A stretch of DNA of 64,000 nt. Source: Lama guanicoe (taxonomy: Eukaryota). A model generated the notes under the pieces. It saw nothing but the letters and a program-made list of their open reading frames with translations. It did not search any database and had not been told where the DNA came from. The DNA is taken from positions 137,319 through 201,318 of the forward strand of contig MU054166.1 in the NCBI GenBank assembly GCA_013239625.1. Reading direction: 5' to 3'. How positions within the stretch are numbered: the first letter of the stretch is position 1; every line of letters starts with the position of its first letter. Shown here in pieces: positions 55,564 through 64,000 of the stretch. The position numbers and the translations under genes were made by a program.

Positions 55564-56034
55564 TTACAACCAAAGGAGAAACATTTTAGTAATAATTTGA
55601 ACCAAAATACAACACTAAATATGCCTGAACTATATAACCTCAGATTTCACGTTTACACTGCAAAGATAATATCATCGAAATATGAACAATGCTGACGATA
55701 TTTTGAAGTTCCTTATTTGGAAAATACACATTTAAATATTATAGTCATTAAATTTAAAAAGTTAGCATTTGCAGTAACGCTGAATGCCTCTTTTCAAAAG
55801 CAGCTTTAATACTTTTATATAGATTTCTGGAAAGATTCATATTTGCAAGCAAAGTTTCTTATAATCGGAACACTTAAGGCACTGTCCTCATTCTTTAGAA
55901 AAAATAAAGGATTTTAGCCTTAGTAGTTTTATACAATTTTCAAAATTATCTTTACATTTATATTACCATAGATTGATGTACAAAATAAACTTTTATATAT
56001 AAGTTACCAAGTGGTAACTAAAGTTTCTGAATAC

Positions 56035-56547
56035 CTTGCTTTAAACAGAGACTATTTTTCCTTCTGCCAGAAAGTCTGCTAGACAAACAGATCTTTGAAA
56101 ATTCTGCCACACTTTACTAAACCAGGAAAGTTTAAGCTGTCTAACTGAACTTTTCATACTTCCAGTTTCAAATATTCTGAAAGGGGTCTTTCTGTCCAAA
56201 ACTTCCTTCTTCAAGACATCTTCATCAATCACTATTGAAGCTCCATTATCATCCCACCAGATGGATTTATATTGGTCATTCCCAGCCATTTTCCAGAATT
56301 TTCCTGGAAACGTCAGAGAACGAAAATCATTATTGTCATCTGGTTCAGAGACACAATGTGTGTAACATGGCGTTTTTATCAAGGATTCTTCAGACAAATT
56401 CTGAAAAGCATTTTCTTCAATCATAGACCTCAAGTCCAAGTCCTCAGAGAATGTTTGATCACACAATAGAGATCTACCAGAATTTCCTGAACCAGTTGCT
56501 CCAAATTTATGAGACACATCTTGAATTTCTGAGGAAACATGTGCCAT
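56035..56547 (-). pseudogene. HSFY: HSFY exon 1 coding part, open for 168 codons then TAA
   Basis: ORF 56041-56547 ends TCT GTT TAA AGC AAG|GTATTC, with a stop where HSFY has Leu in SVLSK; GT donor at 56034-56033. Confidence 0.95.
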
Positions 56548-56677
56548 TTAATATAACTTTTTCCACAGCTATTTTTCTAATCTGCATGATTTTGAACACT
56601 GCAGATTCAAATGCTGCTTTGGCAGGGCTGCACAGATAAAATGCAAGGCCATCACTATGGTTCTCAACCTGAGTAGC

Positions 56678-56711
56678 TGTGACATCACAAAACGACTGGT
56701 CTCCTAGCAAC
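56678..56711 (-). promoter_or_regulatory. HSFY proximal promoter motifs: CRE-like palindrome and RFX X-box
   Basis: TGTGACATCACA at 56678-56689 and GTCTCCTAGCAAC at 56699-56711, 130-165 bp upstream of the ATG. Confidence 0.6.
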
Positions 56712-56997
56712 TCAATTGTAACATTCAGCCAGTGTTTATTCTCATTCATCCAGTTAAAATTAAACATATAGGATGCTTATTTTTATGGTGTGATCTGCAA
56801 TTATTTTCCCCACAAAATCTTTTTAAACAATTTAATGTTGGGGTCTATTAAATAAAACCAATCTCCATCATTTTGTACACAATTTTATAACAGATTGGTG
56901 AACAGAGTATAAGTAATGCACAAAATATATAAAATAATTTTAAAGTTTTGGAAATTAAAGAGAAATTTGTTTAAAACCTGTACAGAAAAGGTATAAA

Positions 56998-57082
56998 AAT
57001 TTCATCATCATTTGTAATTAAAGTGAAACATAATTTGATTTGAATTTCATCATGTAATTAAAGTGAAACATAATTTGATTTG
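56998..57082. repeat. Two-copy tandem repeat, ~40-45 bp
   Basis: aatttcatca(tcatt)tgtaattaaagtgaaacataatttgatttg occurs twice. Confidence 0.9.
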
Positions 57083-57484
57083 GAAATGGAAGTATGTATT
57101 TATCTGTGTATTGTACAATAAGTAGCTCTATATTCAAAACATGAGAAGAATAAACATCAGTTTATTTCTTATGTTAATATATAAATGGTTAGTATTTATG
57201 AAATAATTTTAAATAAAAATAACCAATCAAACTTAAGAAATCCCTAAGGGGGGATTTTTGTTTTAAATTGTAATTTAGTGCTATAATTGAAGCAAATATA
57301 ATTTAATATTCTACATTAAAATTGCAAAAGAGACAATCTTATTGTATATTACAAATATTTATTTTTGCCATTCTTTCACTTAGAGGTTTATCAGTCCCTA
57401 GAAGTAATAAATTTTCTTGTCATCTTTATAATCCATATCCTTAGGGCTTCTGTTAAGTGTTCCAAAATGATGTTGATAAATAGA

Positions 57485-57555
57485 CTTATGCACAAGATCC
57501 TGGGTTCAATAAGCAGTGCCTCAATTAAGGGGCAAACAAACAAAAAATCAAAAAA
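57485..57555 (+). mobile_element. Degraded tRNA-derived SINE 3' half
   Basis: atgcacaagatcctgggttcaat (B-box-like) followed by an A-rich tail; resembles the camelid tRNA-SINE as I recall it. Confidence 0.55.
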
Positions 57556-57779
57556 CAAAGATATAACAGTATATGTCGGTTGGGGTGGAAAATATCAGGT
57601 AATGTATTTTAGGAAACAATATGTTTCTCAGTCCTGAAACTGTTGGCATTGTTAGTATAATACGGCATTTTAAGGCAAGTGTTTTGCGCACTAATTGTAA
57701 ATAATAGCTATGTTCTGTATCAGTAAACTGTAGTAAATCCAGTTCTACCAAAACTTATATTATTTATTTAGAAATGAAT

Positions 57780-59240
57780 TCCATTAAACATAAGCCAAAT
57801 TCAAAATGAGAGATAAAATTTTAAATAAATAAATGTACCCTCAAGCTGAAATGTAAATTTTTCCTTCAGTATGTGTATAGTCCATTCTAAATAAATATTA
57901 GCAACCTGAATACATGGCATATTATAAGTATTATAAACTATAGTTAAGTAGGATTTAGTCCTGATTCATAAATAATATTTAACATACACAAAATAAAATA
58001 TGTGATACAATCCCTTTAAAAAACAAAGAATTCAAAAATAACAATCTCAAAATATGTAGGAAAATTATTGACAGATCTGATCTTAACTTTTTATAAAAAT
58101 ATTCTTAAATTCGCTCTAGATAGAATGTAACTAAGCATAATAATAGCCATATATGAAAAACCCATGACTAACATCAAGTGCAATGTTAACATACAAGAAG
58201 GATTTCCTCTGGTCCAGTAATAAGAAAAAGTAGCTCATTTTCACAAGTCCTAAATAACACTACTAGAAGTCCTAGCCAGAATAACTAGTCAAGAAAAAAT
58301 ATAAAATTCATCCAACTTGTAATAAAGCAGTGAAGTTTTTACAGATGACATATTTATGCATAGATGGAAAACTCCATAGGCTCCTCCAGTGACTATTACA
58401 AATAATGAACAAATTTAGTAAACATGTAGAATAGAAAATCAATGTACACATATCCACTGCATTTTTGTATAGTAACAACACATTATCAGAAAGAGAAATT
58501 AGTAAAACTATTTGGTGTAAATTTATACCAAAAAGAATAAAATAGGAATAAATTTGATAAGTGAAACAAAACTTATGAACATAGATCTATAAATTATAGG
58601 TGCAAGAAATATAAGTAAACAATATAAATTGAAAGAAATTCGGTGCTCGTTGATTGTATACAATGTGAGGAAATATTCTAATCTACCTTTTACATGTTAA
58701 AAATCCCCAGCAGTAATTATTGTGGAGAATGTCTTTTCTTAATTTTATACTCTTGCTTCCTTTTTCATGGGTTAATTGATAATAGGTCTGAGGGATTATA
58801 TCAGGTTGCTCTATTCTCTTCTATTTATTGGTGTCTGTTTTTGAGCCAGTATCATGTTGTTTTAATTATTAAAGCCTCGTAGGACTGTTTAACATCAGAG
58901 AATATTACACCATTAGATTTAATACTCTTTTTCATGATTATTTTGGCAACACATTATTGTTGTGTTTACATATAAATTTTAAAATTATTTGTTTTATTTT
59001 TTGGAAAAATCTCATGGGTATTTTCAAATCAATCACACTAAATGTAGATTCCTTTGGGTAGTATGGTTGTTTCAACCACATTTTTTCACATCATTAACAT
59101 AAGAGATAATTTCATTTCTTTGGATCAGTTTTAATTTCTTTATCAATATTTTCTGTGTTTTAACATTTAGGTTTTCACCATATTTGTTAACTTCATTTAT
59201 AGATGTTCTTTACATATATATACAATTATATAAATAATAA
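57780..59240. mobile_element. Old L1 ORF2 fragments (plus ~57780-58680, minus ~58690-59240)
   Basis: ctagaagtcctagccaga and acagatgacat (RT) on the plus strand, then antisense ORF2 sequence. Confidence 0.7.
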
Positions 59241-59249
59241 TTTTAAACT

Positions 59250-62200
59250 CACTTCCTACACAAATACAGCAGGCAGAAGTCAGTGGCAAGACATATTCAA
59301 AGTCCGGAATGAAAGAAAGCTGTAATATAAGATACTTTATCAAAGAAGGCTATCTTTTAGAATAGAAGGATAGATAAATAAGTTCCATACTAGCAAACAC
59401 TTAAAGAATTTAGCAAGAGAAAAAGAAATAAAGAAAGATCTACCCTAAATAAAAAAGAAGCAGGATGCTATACAAAAGAGAAAGGCATAATTAGAAAGGC
59501 AATATCTACAATGATTTACACAAAATAAATATGATGTTGTAAAAGAGGACATCAAAATTTCTAAGGGTCAGTGAGTGAAACAGAAAAATACAGAGTGTTT
59601 TCTTCTTGTTTCTGTTCTCTGAAGGATGGGTTTGAGTTTGTATTATTATCAGTTAAAATAAACAAATATAGTACAGGTGAAGATACATACAAAACAAGTT
59701 TACCCTAAGTCAAAAGCTTACAATGAAGTCACAAAGCCAAAACAAACCAAGATAATAAAAGAAAACTTATCAAGCCACAAAAACAAAAAGAAATGTACAA
59801 AAAGAAAATTCCAAATCCACTGGAGAATGAAGTTCAATATGGAAATAAACACCCGTCTATCAATAATTATCACAAATGATAATGGACTTAGTTCTTCAAT
59901 CAAAAGATATATATTGTCAAATGGGATAATATAACAAGACCCCGCATTATAAAGCATAGAAGACACCCACTTTAGTAAGAGGAACACACATCAATTGAAA
60001 GTCAGAAAGTGGAAAAATTTATTCCATGCAAATGCACATGACAAGAAAGCATGACTAGCAGTACTGACTTCACACAAAGAGACTTTACAAAAAAGGCCAT
60101 AGAGAAAGATAAACAAGGACATGATATAATGATTAAAGGAGAAAATCAAAATGAGGGTATTATATACATTAAGATATATGCACTCAATATAGGAGCACAT
60201 AAATACATAAAGCAAACACTAATAGATAAAAATAGAGAAATCCCTGGGAACACAAATAATGTAGGAGAATATAACTCCCCATTACTATCACTGGACTGGT
60301 CTTTCACACAGAAAATTAATACGGGAACAAAGATATTAAAATAAATTTTAAAATAATTGGAGATGCTTGATATTTTCAAAATAGTATTTCTCCCCATAAC
60401 AGAATATACATTCATTTCCTGTGCACAAGGAACATTTTCTAAGAAAGATTATGTGCTCAGGCACTCAAGAAGCCTCAACAAATTGAAGAAGATAAAAATT
60501 ATTTCAAGCATCTTTTCTGAGTATAGTACCATGGAACTAGAAATCAATCACAGAAAAACAGGAAGAAAAAATGTCAGCATCCAGATTAAAAAACATGGTA
60601 CTAAAACAAGGGGGTGAGTTTATGAAATAAAAGAAGAAATTAAAAAATATCTTGAGAAATATGATGAAACACTGCACAAAGTCTTTGGAATACTGTTAAA
60701 GCAGGCTTAAAAGGGAAGTTCAGAGTGACAAAGCTCTCCTCAAAGTAGAACAACAATTTCAAATATATAATCTAACATTCTCTGTAAACTAATCAAGAAA
60801 AGAAGAGCAAACAAAACCAAAAGTCAACAGAAAGAGGGAAAAAATAAAGATCAAGGAAGAAATAATTGAAATAGATTTTAAAAAATAGAAAGAAATCAAT
60901 CAATGCTTTTTTGAAATAGTAAATAAAAATTGACAAATCTCTGGACAGGATCACTAACAAGAAAAGAGAGAGAACACAAATAATATTAGAAGTGAAAATG
61001 CAGAAACTACAAAGAGAACAACAAATTTACAATATATCATAAGGGAATACCATGAGCAACTGTATGAAAACAAACTGGATAACGAGGAAGAAATGGAGAA
61101 GTTTTTGGAAACATTCAGCCCACCAATATTGCATCAAGGAGAAGTTAGCCATTTGAACATGCAGATCACCAGAAATCGAACAGACTAATCAATAAAATAA
61201 AAAATCTCTGCAAAAAAAATTGAAACCCAAATACTTTCACTAGGGAAATTGACCAAACGTACTATGAAAAATCCATACCAGTCCTCCTCAAAATCTTCCA
61301 AAAGATTGATATGGAGAGAGTACTCCCAAACTTACATCATAAGGCCAACGTCAACCTGATACCATAACCTGACAAAGACACTACCCCAAAAAGAAAACTA
61401 TAGCCCAATATCATTGATAAATAGAAGTAAAAGTCCTTGAGAAATTATTAACAAACAGAATCCAAAAGCATGTAAAAAAAAGATCATGAACCATGGACAA
61501 GTTAAGTTCATCCCAGGAACACAAGGATTGTTGAACGTATGCAAATCAATCAATCAATTGTGATATACCATATCAACAAAAGAGAAGACAAAAACGATAT
61601 GATCATATCAGTAGTTGGAGAAAAACCATTTGATAAAATTTAACACCTATTTGCAATAAAAGTTCTTATCACAGTGGGCATAGAGGGACCACATCTCAAC
61701 ATAATGAAAGCAGTTAATGACAAACATATAGCCAGCATAATACTCAGTGGTGAAAAACTAGAACCCTTCCCACTAAGACCTGAGAGAAGACATGGATGCC
61801 CATTATCACAAATTAAATCACATATAGTCTTGGAATTCCTAGCTACAACGATCAGGCAAGAAAAAGAAATAAAATTATTCAGACTGGAAAAGAAGAGGTA
61901 AAATTGTCACAATATGCAGACATGACACTATATATAGAAAACTGTAAAAGCTTCACAAAAAATACTTAGGCTAAAAAGGGAACTGGGCAAGTTAGCCAGA
62001 GTAATGTACAAAAAACAATTACATTTCTTTACACAAACATTGAATCAACAGGAAAATAAAGTACAGATACAATCACTTTTATAACTGCACCCAAAATTTT
62101 AAATGCTTAAGAATAACTCTGACCAAGGAGGTGAATGACTTATACATGGAGAACAAGTAAATATTGATTGAGGAAATCAAGAAAGATTTGAAGAATTGAA

Positions 62201-64000
62201 AAGATACCCAATGGTCTTGTAATGGAATTAATAATACTGTTAAAATTGCCATACTACCCAAGGCAATTCACAGACTTAATCTGAGTTCCTATCAAATTAT
62301 TCAAAATATTTTTAGGACTGAATAAAATGATCATAAGGTTTATATAGATACAACAAAGATCCAAAATTTCCAAAACAATATTGAAGACAAAGAAAGAGGC
62401 TAGAAGAATAAACTGCCTGGTGTCCATACACTATTGCAGAGCTACAATAATCAAAATGTCATGATATTGGTACAGAAACAGGCATATGGACCAATGGAAC
62501 CGAATAAAAAGCCTTGGAATAAATCTACAGGCCTATGTTCGATTAATATTTTACAGAGTAGCCAAGAATATGACAGAGAAAAGACCATCTCTTCACCAAC
62601 TGGTGTTGGGAAAACTGGATAGCAGCATCAGGGCAATGGAGTTAGAACACTCCTTCACTCCATACACAAGAATAAACTCAAAGTGACTTGAAGACTTAAA
62701 TGTAAGGCAATACACAGTAAATCTAGAAGAAAACATACGCAAAGCACTCTGAGATAAATCGCAGCAATAATCTCCTAAAACAGCATACCCAGGTAATGGA
62801 TGTAAGAGCAAAATTAATAAATAGGACCTAATTAAACTTATAAGCTTTTGCACAGCAGAGGGAACCATAAACAAAGCAAAATGACAACCAACAGGATTTA
62901 AGAAAATATTTAGAATTGATGAAACTGACAAAGGCTAAATTTCCATATATAAAGACTTCATACAACCTAATAATAATACTTAAAAAAAACAAGAAACCCA
63001 ATCTGAAAATGGGCAGAAGCCCTAAACAAGCAATTCTCCATTAGAGACATACAAATGTCACACAGATATATGGAAAAATAATTGCTCACTATCATTATCA
63101 GAGAATGGCAATTCAAAACCATAATGAAATGTCACCTCTGAATAGTCACAATGGCCATCATTCAAAAGTCTACAGGCAATAAATGCTGGGGAAGCTGTGG
63201 AGAAATGGAATCCTCCTACACTGTTGTCAGGAATGTAGTTTGGTGCAGTCATTGTGGGAAACAGGATGGCGATTCCTCAAAAGAATAAAAATAGTCTTAA
63301 CATATGATCCAGCAAACCCACTTCTGGGTATATATCAAAGAGAAACCACAACACTGTAAAATGATTATGAATCAATAAGAAATGTAAAAAAAAAAAGAGA
63401 AACCAAATTCAAAATGTCACCTGCACCCAAATGTTCTTAGCAGTGCTATATACAAAAGCCATGACATGGAAGCACCATAATTGTTCACCATCAGATAACA
63501 GAATACAGATTTTATGCCATATTTAAACAATGGAATAATATTCTGCCATAAAAAATGATAAAACAAAGACATTTGCAGCAAAATGGGTGTCCCCATATTG
63601 TGTCATTCTAATTGAAGTAAGCCAGAAAGAAAAAGAAAAATAATATATGACATGATATATGTAGAACCTTAAAAAAAAGTTTTAGATGAGAACACTATGA
63701 TTTCATCTACAAAACTGAAACAAACTTGCAGATCTAATTAATAATCTTTTGGTTACCGCTGAAAGGGGCTAGGAGAGGATATATTTGGGAGATGTAGATT
63801 TATATATGTTATCTACTATATATAAAAATAGATTTTTCTAAATTGTCTTTTGTATGACACAGGGCAGTATGTTAAATATTGTGAATTAACTTTAATAGGC
63901 ACACAAATATATGCATGATGTGGGACACTGCACTATACACCACAAATTAACACATTGTAAATGGCAGTACTTCAATGATAAATAAATGAATAAATAAGTA
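59250..64000 (+). mobile_element. 5'-truncated L1 from ORF1 3' end through ORF2 and 3' UTR
   Basis: EN-like ORFs at 60051-60617, RT-like ORF at 61674-61901, C-terminus, and a tail starting at the window edge. Confidence 0.92.
63349..63393 (+). mobile_element. 45 bp extreme 5'-truncated L1 with 12 bp TSD
   Basis: AAAGAGAAACCA at 63337-63348 and 63394-63405; the insert matches the young-family L1 3' terminus; absent from the paralogue at ~221-235. Confidence 0.9.

Larger units (their letters stand above)
54874..56547 (-). pseudogene. HSFY: Unprocessed two-exon HSFY (heat shock transcription factor, Y-linked) pseudogene
   Basis: Starts MAHVSSEIQDVS, contains an HSF DNA-binding domain, has a 471 bp intron at 55564-56034, and ends ...HLNYN-TGA as HSFY proteins do. 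Multiple stops and frameshifts. Confidence 0.96.

Noticed and set aside
56507..56767. 86 aa ORF overlapping the HSFY start
   Set aside because: It runs through promoter and 5' UTR sequence in a different frame and resembles no protein I recognise.
56998..57082. CRISPR-like repeat-spacer array
   Set aside because: Two adjacent copies without spacers in mammalian DNA; no prokaryotic features anywhere in the window.
57485..57555. tRNA gene
   Set aside because: Only a B-box-like half followed by an A tail is present, with no cloverleaf. It is a SINE remnant.
1..64000. Most short ORFs in the supplied track as genes
   Set aside because: They are L1 ORF1/ORF2 fragments, their antisense frames, or low-complexity and microsatellite translations.

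Overview
AT-rich mammalian DNA made mostly of LINE-1, with two N gaps. The L1 UTRs resemble the camelid family (recalled, not searched), and an intron-containing HSFY copy points to a Y-chromosome ampliconic region (inference). No intact protein-coding gene was found. The window is a decayed head-to-tail array: 1108-33295 (unit A) and 33297-53927 (unit B) are colinear paralogues at roughly 80-93% identity in hand-aligned samples, and 1-820 matches 63120-64000. The reconstructed ancestral unit is about 35 kb with one HSFY. Unit B carries an unprocessed HSFY pseudogene (minus strand, 54874-56547) whose exon 1 is open for 168 codons and whose promoter keeps CRE-like and RFX motifs. Unit A lacks the ~10 kb HSFY segment but gained a full-length L1 with an apparent ~340 bp 3' transduction. 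Other elements include a solo LTR with a perfect TSD, a 45 bp micro-L1 insertion, a 282 bp tandem duplication, ERVL, L2 and SINE remnants, and a ~1.3 kb unclassified segment in each unit. I see no convincing new biological system; the interest lies in amplicon architecture and retrotransposition history.
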